A stretch of 64,000 nucleotides of DNA, taken from the IMG/VR virus record IMGVR_UViG_3300021962_000041, positions 50,869-114,868 of that record; one strand, given 5' to 3'. The translations under genes and the position numbers were made by a program. The DNA comes from a virus. Below are positions 37,301 through 46,387 of this stretch, in pieces. The notes under the pieces are model-generated. The model had not been told where the DNA came from. It searched no databases and saw nothing but the letters and a program-made list of their open reading frames with translations. Each line of letters starts with the position of its first letter. Position 1 is the stretch's first letter.

Positions 37301-39724
37301 AGCATTAACGGATTCTTTAGGAATGACGAGACGAACTTTATAAAGTTTTTCATCAAGACTTCTATCATCATCAATTCTCTTGATATATGAAATATCGGTT
37401 CTTTCAGTTAAACCAGCAACTCCTTGTGTGTTAATCTCACTGAAAATTGAATTACCAGACGCTGAAACATGAACAAACCAATTCTTTTGAATTGGGTCAA
37501 ACTGAACTGGAGATCCAAGATCTCCACTATTCTTATCATTTACTCTACTTTCAATTCTAAGTTGCTTACCACCATAAATTGTCAGAGAAGTTCCATTGTC
37601 AGCGTTTGTTTTTGATGAAGCAATTTTGATCTTTTCATTATCAACTTTAATCGCATAATATAAAGTATTTTCTACAATGTTTTGTGGAAGATCTCCATTA
37701 TCACTGAAAATTCTAATTGATTCACCAGTTTGTAACTTATGTGGTTGTTGAGGTGTTCCAATGGTTAAAACACTATTAACAATATCTGATATGACTCGAT
37801 AAATTTTTCTATTTGTAGTTTGTCCAAAAGCAACTGTTGCTCCAACAGCTACCGTATTATCCATCATGCAAATCGTTGCATTTCTGATAACACCCTGACC
37901 AATATCTAGATAAAGTTGATCATTTGTTTTTGCACCAACTCTATATCCTTGAAGGATAATAGGTGGTTTTGCATCAATATCAGTATATCCATAAAGATAA
38001 AGATGACTAGAAAGACCAACATTTTTAGTTAGTGCTACATCTAAAGATGTCCAGTCAACATTGAATTGTGGATTTGTAATTGCTCTTGGTCTAATAACCG
38101 AAGTAATATAACCATGGTTATCTTTAGCAAATGCCTCTTTCTTAAATCCTTCTGCAGAAAGGGAAATTTGTCCAAAGTTGGAGTTAGAGTTGGTAATCGA
38201 TCCATCACCACCAGATAAAGAATCAAAGTGCTTGTTGAATCCGATTGCGAATACAGAAACGATCTGAACGAACGCATCGTTCGACATCTTAATGTGACTA
38301 GTTTCCCAACCTGGTCTGTAGATAGAATCTGAATCTAGGTGATAAACAGTTGCTGGATTGGTTGATGATGAACCAGATGAAAGTTCTGCACCTTTTACAG
38401 GAGTAATCGTCAAAGATTCATAAAGTCTAGAGGTAGAATTATATCTTGCAAATGCTCTATCGTCTTTTTGAAGTGAAATAGCAGTAAACTGGGCAACAAC
38501 CATCGAACGGAAACCAGCCGCCTTGCTTCCATCGGCGTGCATACCCTGCATACCCCAAACAGATCTCAACGATACGTTGAAAACATATGGAGATGCACCA
38601 GATACTGTATCAGTTTCAACTGTAACTGTTGATCCAGAAATAGTAGGAGTAGCAGGTAAGTTAACTCTTACAAATGGTAAGAGATAAGTAAAGGTTGTTG
38701 CATTAAGTACCGATTGTACTTTAGTAGAAATATTATAATCAACTGGGTCAACACCATCAATCTTAATTGGTGTTCCAGAAGTAAGATTATGAGGAACCGC
38801 TGTTGAAACAGTTACGATTGTACCAGGAGTAAATCCATCTCCTGAATATACTTCAGTAATATTGAGTGGATCTGATGCAAAGGCACCAACAATTTCATAT
38901 TCTGGACGTTGCTTTGCAAAACCTAGTGGTTCTGTTGGATATTTCTGATCAATATCTCTACCAGATGCAGCATTAAATGCATTTGATAGTTTGCTATAAT
39001 ACATGTCAAGATCAGTGAGAGCATAACCAGAAGGAATGGTTACACCATCAGCATACTCAAAACAAGTTAGTTTGTGGTGAGAGAATGTTGGTTTTGACTG
39101 ATTATTCGCAGAGAAATCAACAGGATCTGTATAAACAAGACCAGAATCATCACCATCAAACATGGAGAATTGCCAGAAATAGCAAGCACCAGTAATTCTG
39201 AACAGTGCAGAAGATTTTACAGCAGGGTCTGTAGGATTAGGAACATATTTTGCACGAATCTTGGTTTTTCTTAGGTCAAGTCCAACAATAGAGGTACCAC
39301 GAGGAACAATAACACCACCATAGATACTATTAAACTTATAAAGAATATTATCTCTTTGAGTAAGGTCAAAGTTGGATGATAAATTTAGGGTTAAAGTTTC
39401 TTGTGCCGATGTTTCTGCACCAGAAGTAGAAACAGCAGTTGCAGTTCCATTTACATCTTTGATTGCAAAACCAGGTCTGTTATCGAGAACATGCTCACCT
39501 GGGAAAAGTAGAATGGTGGTTTTTTCTACTAAATCATTATTTCCACCTCTCACATATGAGAATCTTGCGGATTCGAGAAGTGCTCTTTGAATTGTTTTAA
39601 ATGGTTTGCTCAGAGAATTACCTTGATTCTCTATAGCATCAGTAGCATCAATGTCGTTGGGGTTGACATATAGTATTCTACCTTCCGTATTCTTAACGAA
39701 ATTCTCTAACTTATTGAGAGGCAT
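34334..39724 (-). CDS. Large virion structural / tail fibre protein with C-terminal peptidase S74 intramolecular chaperone
   Basis: MPLNKLENF..PFKTIQRALLE N-terminus typical of cyanomyoviruses; C-terminal SDERLKDNI...GVIAQEV...LIESIKEL. Confidence 0.88.
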   Translation of the reverse strand: MPLNKLENFVKNTEGRILYVNPNDIDATDAIENQGNSLSKPFKTIQRALLESARFSYVRGGNNDLVEKTTILLFPGEHVLDNRPGFAIKDVNGTATAVSTSGAETSAQETLTLNLSSNFDLTQRDNILYKFNSIYGGVIVPRGTSIVGLDLRKTKIRAKYVPNPTDPAVKSSALFRITGACYFWQFSMFDGDDSGLVYTDPVDFSANNQSKPTFSHHKLTCFEYADGVTIPSGYALTDLDMYYSKLSNAFNAASGRDIDQKYPTEPLGFAKQRPEYEIVGAFASDPLNITEVYSGDGFTPGTIVTVSTAVPHNLTSGTPIKIDGVDPVDYNISTKVQSVLNATTFTYLLPFVRVNLPATPTISGSTVTVETDTVSGASPYVFNVSLRSVWGMQGMHADGSKAAGFRSMVVAQFTAISLQKDDRAFARYNSTSRLYESLTITPVKGAELSSGSSSTNPATVYHLDSDSIYRPGWETSHIKMSNDAFVQIVSVFAIGFNKHFDSLSGGDGSITNSNSNFGQISLSAEGFKKEAFAKDNHGYITSVIRPRAITNPQFNVDWTSLDVALTKNVGLSSHLYLYGYTDIDAKPPIILQGYRVGAKTNDQLYLDIGQGVIRNATICMMDNTVAVGATVAFGQTTNRKIYRVISDIVNSVLTIGTPQQPHKLQTGESIRIFSDNGDLPQNIVENTLYYAIKVDNEKIKIASSKTNADNGTSLTIYGGKQLRIESRVNDKNSGDLGSPVQFDPIQKNWFVHVSASGNSIFSEINTQGVAGLTERTDISYIKRIDDDRSLDEKLYKVRLVIPKESVNAKDPTDGYVIQESSNTGARRNTDFSLATIGQNDYGYNRNPRFITTCTVASNTITVVCDLPHNLNVGDIVNIKNVASTTNPQATNNIGFNGTFAVTELVDDMQFRYTTTDVLGVVHGVGTFNSNINSRTTALPRFERNDLKSNLYVYRSEVIKPYIQDIQDGIYHLYVLNSSNAIETEFTNLKYNQNITDLYPQSDKDNIDDNPQSTQSYAKRSPLGEVVTNDISKSITRESIDKTLKDLGVGLKIVGLTTFFTTATAGVATITLDRNHGYGGIATYSTLIPGSGYTQSGTYHNVKLYNTTTLNWDGALARVTVASGVVTAATITHGGSQYTNGETLDFDSTALGGGTGAKITITTAGINTNIGDVLHVTGIGTTSDGFFRITSVPAKNQLSFPITSSDPKIISGQYTINVGPAVNVSSNVYDSASGITTFTCAFSHGLVAGEEFRLVGSTNNVIGDYIVRERVGVNTFNAVTNASVSPTYVFHLGLVAGAVTSDSSFENLGARGLSFYAGDDLILKAGITTESILKVQTKSSGIGTVTRFPMGSYIQSGNEIMRITSSALTGSGLDEISVIRGALGTPRENHSTGQILRKIKPIAIETRRPSIIRASGHTFEYLGYGPGNYSTGLPQVQVKTLSEREDFLVQSQERSCGNVAYTGMNGNGDFFVGNTKYASSSGTQKTFDIPIPTTAGQDSSRLSVVFDEIVAKERIIVEGGSSGTVLSQFDGPVSFNKELKFNSNTTTNGVHKVTGLSLYTNVTEATGVTPTDTASVIFTGGVAIKKKLYIGGDLRIESSSDLYLKDNGIINLGDANDLQIYHDGANSYVSESGTGDLYLTGTNVFIRPNGTESGVRALANGAVELYYDDAKKLETQTGGVAITGALTVSGDITAFFTSDERLKDNITPISNSLEKVNALSGNTYTWNEKSGKEGLDIGVIAQEVQKVLPEAVKERDNGYLGVDYHKITPLLIESIKELTHKVERLENIARERGLLSD

Positions 39725-39756
39725 CTGCTTATTTTCAAAATATTTCTATGATTTAT

Positions 39757-40077
39757 TTATCCCATTAAATCTTCCTCATCATACTCAAATTCAATATCAT
39801 CTGGCATATCTTCAGGGTTCTCTAACTCAACTGGAAAAAAACAAGGATGCACTTCTTCGTCAATTAAGTAAAAAGAGTTTCTATATAAGTCTTCTGGTTC
39901 GAAAGATCTATTCTGATCTGCTGCTCTACAAAGATCCTGATCGTATAAATGTCCATCTGGCATTTCATCAAACGTAAAAGGTATATGATTGATGAAATAC
40001 ATTTTCACAATCATACTACCATTATTGTACCAGCAGTATGCGTGATCGATACGATAAGACATAGGAAAAATTCCCAT
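39757..40077 (-). CDS. Hypothetical protein
   Basis: ORF track; late-promoter-like site at about 40085-40091. Confidence 0.7.
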   Translation of the reverse strand: MGIFPMSYRIDHAYCWYNNGSMIVKMYFINHIPFTFDEMPDGHLYDQDLCRAADQNRSFEPEDLYRNSFYLIDEEVHPCFFPVELENPEDMPDDIEFEYDEEDLMG

Positions 40078-40094
40078 ATCTTATATTTATTTTA

Positions 40095-40167
40095 TACCCG
40101 TGGTCGGATTCGAACCGACACTGGAAGGATTTTAAGTCCTCTGTCTCTGCCGTTGGACTACACGGGC
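40095..40167 (-). tRNA. tRNA-Leu(TAA), short variable loop
   Basis: GCCCGTG/CACGGGT acceptor stem, GAGGA-CTTAAAA-TCCTT anticodon arm, GTCGG-TTCGAAT-CCGAC T arm. Confidence 0.9.
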
Positions 40168-40172
40168 TTAGG

Positions 40173-40245
40173 TGCTCCTTGCGTGGATCGAACACGCCTC
40201 AGGCGAATTATGAGTTCGCTGCATTCACCAGATTGCTAAAGGAGC
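40173..40245 (-). tRNA. tRNA with CAT anticodon (elongator Met or Ile2)
   Basis: GCTCCTT/AAGGAGC acceptor, GCGAA-CTCATAA-TTCGC, GCGTG-TTCGATC-CACGC. Confidence 0.9.
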
Positions 40246-40247
40246 AA

Positions 40248-40320
40248 TAGGAGTGCTGGGAATTGAACCCAGACTACCCCGTTATAAGCAGGGCGCTCTG
40301 ACCGATTAAGCTACACTCCC
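40248..40320 (-). tRNA. tRNA-Ile(TAT)
   Basis: GGGAGTG/CACTCCT acceptor, CCCTG-CTTATAA-CGGGG anticodon arm, CTGGG-TTCAATT-CCCAG. Confidence 0.88.
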
Positions 40321-40494
40321 TCAAGGGGCTTCGTTGTTTAACTCAGTGTGTATTCGTATCAGTTCGTCATCAGCGGGCATCATCATTGCTGCCTGCCCGT
40401 ATTTGTTGACAATGCCTAAACTTTCTCCATTCTCAACTCGTTCCATAAGTTCATCGAACCTCTCTTGAAACTCTTCCACTGTGAAAACTTCCAT
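40321..40494 (-). CDS. Small Phd/YefM-antitoxin-like protein (57 aa)
   Basis: MEVFTVEEFQERFDELMERVENGESLGIVNKYGQAAMMMP, read by eye. Confidence 0.55.
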   Translation of the reverse strand: MEVFTVEEFQERFDELMERVENGESLGIVNKYGQAAMMMPADDELIRIHTELNNEAP

Positions 40495-40506
40495 TTTGAC
40501 TTTTAT

Positions 40507-40716
40507 TTAGTTGTTGTCCTGACCATAGATGGCAAGATCAGCATACTCAATCTGTTCAGGTTGAAGTTGACTAGTTACAACATCCAGGACGTTCATGAAC
40601 TCCTGAACGGTCTCACACTCAACCAGACGCTCACTTCCTTGATCACTGAGAAGAAGGAAAGAGCGGGTGCATACATCAATCACAATACCCTGTACGGTTT
40701 CTTGTGCGGTGCTCAT
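40507..40716 (-). CDS. Hypothetical protein
   Basis: ORF after a TTGACA-17-TATAAT promoter (40770-40742). Confidence 0.75.
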   Translation of the reverse strand: MSTAQETVQGIVIDVCTRSFLLLSDQGSERLVECETVQEFMNVLDVVTSQLQPEQIEYADLAIYGQDNN

Positions 40717-40775
40717 GTGGTGTTCCGTTGATTACCCTCATATTATAGGGTATCCTGGATCAGGTGTCAAGCGTT

Positions 40776-41753
40776 TTAAGAAAGACTATTGATTGCGGAG
40801 ATGACCGATGCCTTAGCAGTTGTCTGAGAAGCGATCTTTCTTTCATGGTTTATAAGGCCCCATGCCTGCAAATCTTTATTTGATTTTTCATCTTTAACGA
40901 TATTTAAATCAGATCGTAAAGCATCTCTTTGAGATCGTAAAGATGTAATCTCACTTTGTAATGCAGTAATTGAACTTGCAATAGCAACACATCTTGAAGC
41001 AGTAACACTTGTATTTGATGCATAAGGGGCAACTCCTGCACCAAAATAATAACGATATGGAATGGCAGCTGAAATAGTTCTAGGATTATGATTTGATTGT
41101 GTTGCCGAAATATCTAATCTTGCAATTCCAACAGATGTTCCACCATTATCATCTTTTGTATTAACTCGTCCATATCCAGAATATGCAGAAGTTAATTCCT
41201 GACTCACATCTGGATTGAATGGATTTACTGCATCATAATTTGGCGAAAGTCCTTCAATATTGGTGTAAATTGACAATAAATCTCGATCTTGTTTAAAAGT
41301 TGTTTGAGTTGAATAATCTTGATTGAAATTAGGGGTTGAAAGAGTTGTTCCACCAGACGTTGTTACACTAGCAGCAATGCCTGGCCAACAATTTCCGTTT
41401 GTTGCTTCTAAAGATAAGGTAACAATCTGCTGTTTAATAAAATTAATTCTAGCATTAAACGATAAGATCTTATCATCTACTGTTTTACAAAATTGACGAA
41501 ATGTTTCTGGTTTTGATTTTGCCTCAGCAAAAGCATCTTGCTCTGGATCTGTGCGAGAAATTGGTGGAGGTGCTTCATTTTGCTGAACAACCCATTCTCC
41601 ACTAGCAGATTCTTGTGTTGCTGTTGTGGCAGTAATAGTTGATGGTATTTCTACACTCGCAGTGTCCTTTTCTCGCTGAGACTTGGCATTAGAATATTGC
41701 GATTGTTCTTTTGTTAAAATATCAATAGTACTTTGTGCTGCACCATCTGGCAT
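40776..41753 (-). CDS. Putative virion protein (coiled-coil ends)
   Basis: Within the baseplate operon. Confidence 0.65.
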   Translation of the reverse strand: MPDGAAQSTIDILTKEQSQYSNAKSQREKDTASVEIPSTITATTATQESASGEWVVQQNEAPPPISRTDPEQDAFAEAKSKPETFRQFCKTVDDKILSFNARINFIKQQIVTLSLEATNGNCWPGIAASVTTSGGTTLSTPNFNQDYSTQTTFKQDRDLLSIYTNIEGLSPNYDAVNPFNPDVSQELTSAYSGYGRVNTKDDNGGTSVGIARLDISATQSNHNPRTISAAIPYRYYFGAGVAPYASNTSVTASRCVAIASSITALQSEITSLRSQRDALRSDLNIVKDEKSNKDLQAWGLINHERKIASQTTAKASVISAINSLS

Positions 41754-41780
41754 TTTTTACACCTACAAAATCAATTATTT

Positions 41781-42680
41781 TTATTTAGTTTGCTCTAGAT
41801 CAGCAATTCTTTTCTTTAAATCTTCAATCTGTTGCTGCTGCTCCTTCATACCCTCAATTAAAAGTGCCACGAGATTTTCATACTTAACACCTTTGATCAT
41901 CATTTTTTGAGTTTTTGTTGCTAGATCAGGATCATCAAAAACTGGAGCATTTGGTATGATTTCAAATTCTCTCACAACTTCTGGTACAACTTTTTCCACA
42001 TCTTGTGCAATAACACCAATTTCTCCATTTGGATTTTCTTGTGCTTTTTCTGGCCAAAGATCTTCTTTCCAATTAAAAGAAACTCCTTGCAACTGAAGAA
42101 TCTTATCTAGAGCATTTTCTAATGGTTCAATATCTTTTTTTAAATTAAAATCAGAAGATGGGCAAGGAGCACAAATAGGAGCACCATTATAAGTCCAAGT
42201 TCCAGTTAATGCTCCTGTTGCAGTATTAATAGTAATTCCGGATGCACCTCCACCAATTTCAACCAATCCACCATTAAGGTCTATTCTTGCTGCATTTACT
42301 GTATAGTTTGGAGTACAAGTATTATCTTCGGGAACTGCTTTTCCTCTAAATGCATTCAATCCCTGCATAACAGCAGAAAGAGAAATATCAGATGCTCCAA
42401 TAACAGTATGACTTCCAATTGTTATATTTGATCCAACTGTACAATGAGTTCCTGTGAATAATCCTAACCCTAGGAAATTAGTTGTTAAAGGTTTATCTAA
42501 GCAAGGTCCTGCAGCAAGAGCTGCTGTTCCATATAATGCAGTTGATCCACTTCCAAAATATCCAGCATAAATTGAAGCTGTACCAGGTACTAAACTGCGA
42601 AGAAACTTTGGAAGAACTACAGCAGTGTCAAATAATGGATGAGTGACACTAAAACTAAAAACGTCTAAATCGTCGAACAT
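41781..42680 (-). CDS. Tail/spike-associated protein with peptidase S74 chaperone domain
   Basis: SDFNLKKDI...GVIAQDVEKV...LLIEGMKEQQ. Confidence 0.8.
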   Translation of the reverse strand: MFDDLDVFSFSVTHPLFDTAVVLPKFLRSLVPGTASIYAGYFGSGSTALYGTAALAAGPCLDKPLTTNFLGLGLFTGTHCTVGSNITIGSHTVIGASDISLSAVMQGLNAFRGKAVPEDNTCTPNYTVNAARIDLNGGLVEIGGGASGITINTATGALTGTWTYNGAPICAPCPSSDFNLKKDIEPLENALDKILQLQGVSFNWKEDLWPEKAQENPNGEIGVIAQDVEKVVPEVVREFEIIPNAPVFDDPDLATKTQKMMIKGVKYENLVALLIEGMKEQQQQIEDLKKRIADLEQTK

Positions 42681-42685
42681 AATTT

Positions 42686-43279
42686 TTACTTACAACTTTC
42701 TGTTACACCAGCAATAACATCGGCAAAAGGAATGCCAAGACTTTTTAATAGTGTAGATAATGGAGATCCACCTTTTTGAACTTCACCAACAATATTAATA
42801 AAATGATCGGTTACAATATTAACTTCAGCAGTTCCCTTGATACAAACTTTAGTTCCAGTTAAAGTTAATTGTTCTCCACTATGAACAACAACTGCTCCAT
42901 TTGAAGACAACATGAAGCATCCGTTGGTTTTCTTTTCACCTTGAGTTTCAATGTACATATTTTTACAAAGAAACTTGATATTTCCACCTTGAGCATTAAA
43001 AACTAGATCTCCAGTTTTAGCATTCAAAGAAAATGCAATATCTTCTTTAGATGGTTTATCTCTGTTTTTCTGTAAATTATGTCCACAAGTGATGTGATAT
43101 GGACCTTGAACGTGCTCCATTTTGGAGCCATCAGTCTTATATTTAAAGGTTGAATTAGATGCAACAGCTAAACGAAATTGCGTTCCATCATCAGCTTCTT
43201 TTGGTCCACCTGGTCCAAAAAACATAATCCCATGGGGATTATCAGTAACAATATATTCTGGGGGTCTATTTGATGCCAT
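42686..43279 (-). CDS. Putative baseplate spike-associated beta-strand-rich protein
   Basis: Position after gp5 homologues; repeated beta-strand pattern. Confidence 0.6.
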   Translation of the reverse strand: MASNRPPEYIVTDNPHGIMFFGPGGPKEADDGTQFRLAVASNSTFKYKTDGSKMEHVQGPYHITCGHNLQKNRDKPSKEDIAFSLNAKTGDLVFNAQGGNIKFLCKNMYIETQGEKKTNGCFMLSSNGAVVVHSGEQLTLTGTKVCIKGTAEVNIVTDHFINIVGEVQKGGSPLSTLLKSLGIPFADVIAGVTESCK

Positions 43280-45672
43280 TACTTAAGAACACACTGAGTA
43301 ACTTTAATTAATTGTGCTTCATTAAAATCTGGTCTATTATTGTTTGTAAGGAGATAATCGTTCTTTTCTGTAAATGCAATAATAGGTCTTACTTCTAAAC
43401 CAGCGCCTGTTTTACTATTTATTGTGATTGTTGGAACCTCTGTAACTCCACAACCTGGAGTTTCAACAACCATTGCCACAATTTGCCCCACATCTGTCAT
43501 TTGTATTTTTACCTGCAAACCAGGTATATCTGGTGTTATTGATACACTATCATTTACAGTATATCCAATTCCAGTGCTCAATATTTCAATCTCTTCGAGA
43601 CAACCAACGTACTCTCTAACATCATTTTCTACTACTTCATCTTCTACTCTTTCTTGGAATTCATCTAGTCCAGTTGGAGCGTTTACATATCCCCTTCCAG
43701 TATTAACCATAATAACCTTGATAACCTCACCAACATTATTTGTAATCGTATATGCAGATGCAAAATTTCCCTGCCCACAATTATCATTGAAAGTCACAAA
43801 TGGTGGAGAAGTATATCCCTGACCACCATATCTTAAATTAACTCCCAATACTTCCCCTACATTATTAACGATTGCATCCCCAACTGCTCCAGATCCACCA
43901 CCACCAAAGAATTCAACCTGTGGTGGTCCACATCTCCATGCACCAGTATTACACCTCAATTGACTCTCATATCTTCCAGGTAAACTTTGATTCAAATTTG
44001 TAAAATCTTTACCAAAAACTGTTGCTCCAGTAAGAATATTGTTTTTATCTAAGAAACCACCAACCTTATCTAAAACCCATTTTTCAGCTTCAGCAGCATC
44101 TGGTATCGGTATCATTTTATCAAATGCTTCTTTCATTGAATTTGTAGATCCACTACCAATTTTGAAAGATTTAATTTCTGGACAATCTGGTTTAGCACAT
44201 AAGAATGCCTCAAATCCTAAGATATAATCAACTGCTTGGAAGACAGATCCTGCAATTTTAGCAACCCCACCCAACACATCATTGATTTTATTCAGAATTG
44301 GTTTTAATGTCTTATCAATTGCTGCAGATAAGTTGTTTAGTAAAGCATTTGTAAATTGCTCAACGGCACAAAATGCTGCATTAATAACATTACCAATAAG
44401 AGAGAATAGAAAATCAGTAACTAACTGAGTTAATCCATCAATGATTTTATCAAAAGCACAAAGTATTGAATCAATAATAACTTTGATAACAGTATTTTTT
44501 AGTGCCTTTGTCAGCGAAGTCATTATTTTATTAATGATCTTTTCAATCAATTTGCGGATCAAATTAAGAATATAATTTCTCATTCTTTGAATCAATAGTT
44601 TCAAAACAGCACTAATGATTACAGCAGTATTGCCAATAATAGCAGTTATATTTCTAATCTTATTAATCGTCCCCTTAACGTAAACATTATAAAACTTTTT
44701 AGCTTCCTTCAAAAAATTGAAGAACTTTAATAGTGCATTATTAATTCCTGCAAGAGTACTTTTACCACAAGGGTCTGCCATACTATTAACTTCTTCTTCA
44801 ATCTCTTCCTCCATTGCTCTCAGTTGACTATAATTAAATCCGTCCTTACATTTTTTATCAGGTGCAGACCAACCATTGTTTGCATCACTAACTGGACGGC
44901 ACTCTGCAACTCTCTTCTTAATCTCATCAAGAATTGCTTGTTTACGTTGACGTAAACTAAGATAATTGTCTATTTGTGATCCAAATTTATCTCGTAGTTC
45001 TTGTGTAATTCCTGTCCCACCATTTGCAGTCAATCTGTCATACAAAGTTTCTTTTCCAGCATCACCAGGAAGTGTTGGATCTATTAAAGTATTCTGTAGA
45101 GTGGCAACAGAATCATGCAAGAATCCATCGACTAAGGTTTTATCTTGTAATAACTCTGTTGTACTGCGATCTTTGAATAAATTAACATCGGCATCAATTG
45201 GAAGAGGTTCAGCAAAAGGAATTACTGGAAGTGTTTGTACATTACTAGATGGAAGAATAACTTTTTGAAGTTCTGGTCCATTTCCTTTTGCTGCTTGTTC
45301 AGATAATGCTGCTTTCGTATCTGGGTTTGATGTTTTTGATGTTGCTTGCGTTCCATCGGAATATGTAATTGTTACATCAAGACCATTACTATCAACGCTA
45401 AATTTAGTATTATTTACAGGATCAACATAATTAGCGTTTGGTGGAACAACATATGTACTTGTTGTAGGATTTTTTGCTGGTGTTTGTGTTGTTGAGGTTT
45501 TATATGTTGACTCGTCCTTGGAAATATTGTTCTTTAAATCATAGAGAAGAGCAGAATCGGTGACATTAATTAAAGTTCCATTTGATTGGACTTCTTTCCA
45601 TACACCATTTATACGCTTATAAGTGATGCCCTGTACTTTTCTAGTAACATTAGCTGGTGTAACCATTATCAA
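43279..45672 (-). CDS. Baseplate hub-associated protein (C-terminal part of cyanophage gp5-like protein)
   Basis: CAVEQF, CGPPQVEFFGGGGSGA, G.GY repeats. Confidence 0.65.
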   Translation of the reverse strand: MIMVTPANVTRKVQGITYKRINGVWKEVQSNGTLINVTDSALLYDLKNNISKDESTYKTSTTQTPAKNPTTSTYVVPPNANYVDPVNNTKFSVDSNGLDVTITYSDGTQATSKTSNPDTKAALSEQAAKGNGPELQKVILPSSNVQTLPVIPFAEPLPIDADVNLFKDRSTTELLQDKTLVDGFLHDSVATLQNTLIDPTLPGDAGKETLYDRLTANGGTGITQELRDKFGSQIDNYLSLRQRKQAILDEIKKRVAECRPVSDANNGWSAPDKKCKDGFNYSQLRAMEEEIEEEVNSMADPCGKSTLAGINNALLKFFNFLKEAKKFYNVYVKGTINKIRNITAIIGNTAVIISAVLKLLIQRMRNYILNLIRKLIEKIINKIMTSLTKALKNTVIKVIIDSILCAFDKIIDGLTQLVTDFLFSLIGNVINAAFCAVEQFTNALLNNLSAAIDKTLKPILNKINDVLGGVAKIAGSVFQAVDYILGFEAFLCAKPDCPEIKSFKIGSGSTNSMKEAFDKMIPIPDAAEAEKWVLDKVGGFLDKNNILTGATVFGKDFTNLNQSLPGRYESQLRCNTGAWRCGPPQVEFFGGGGSGAVGDAIVNNVGEVLGVNLRYGGQGYTSPPFVTFNDNCGQGNFASAYTITNNVGEVIKVIMVNTGRGYVNAPTGLDEFQERVEDEVVENDVREYVGCLEEIEILSTGIGYTVNDSVSITPDIPGLQVKIQMTDVGQIVAMVVETPGCGVTEVPTITINSKTGAGLEVRPIIAFTEKNDYLLTNNNRPDFNEAQLIKVTQCVLK

Positions 45673-45696
45673 TCAACCTCTCGTATTTGATATTTA

Positions 45697-46380
45697 TTAG
45701 ACAGTTCTATCATTGATACCGATTATTCCTGCTCTAATTGCATCAGACTCTGCATCCGATATTGTTTGAGATGTAATATAAGGTAGCTTACTACTTCTAA
45801 TTTCATTTAATTCTTTTAATGTAATTGATGTATCTCCCGGACCAGTATATGTTCCGCCTGGAAGAACAGTTTGTACTGCAGGTTCTACTTGTGCATTCTT
45901 TGCTTTATTAAAATCATCTTTTGATGGAACTGCAGGTTCGGTTGGTTTTTGCCCACCTAGAATTTTATGAGAAGGTGGATTAAATCCAAAATTATAAGAT
46001 ACTACATTTCTGAATTCAGTAGATCCTTTTTGTTTTACCTCATCCAAGTCAATAACTTCACCAGGATCTGATCTAGTAAGAATAGCAGTGATAACTGGAA
46101 CCTGATTATAAGCATCCATAAAATATCCTCTAACCCATTCACCACCTGCCAATCCAGTTGTTGAACGATTAAAACTTCCTTGTGTTGTTGGTCTCTCGAC
46201 CATTGCCCAAGGTAATTTATTATCTGGAAGTTTAGATCCTGATTTATCATGAATACCAACGATTCTTACTCGAACACGATCAAACCCATCTGGATTGTAT
46301 CGATCCTCAAGTTGATTAATTGCAACTTGACCAATCCACCATTGAAAATCATCCTTTCCAGTAAAACCTGTGTTTGACAT
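45697..46380 (-). CDS. gp5: gp5-like baseplate hub N-terminal OB-fold protein
   Basis: FQWWIGQV...RVRVRIVGIH...LPWA...GEWVRGYFMD..QVPVI. Confidence 0.85.
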   Translation of the reverse strand: MSNTGFTGKDDFQWWIGQVAINQLEDRYNPDGFDRVRVRIVGIHDKSGSKLPDNKLPWAMVERPTTQGSFNRSTTGLAGGEWVRGYFMDAYNQVPVITAILTRSDPGEVIDLDEVKQKGSTEFRNVVSYNFGFNPPSHKILGGQKPTEPAVPSKDDFNKAKNAQVEPAVQTVLPGGTYTGPGDTSITLKELNEIRSSKLPYITSQTISDAESDAIRAGIIGINDRTV

Positions 46381-46387
46381 AATTCTA

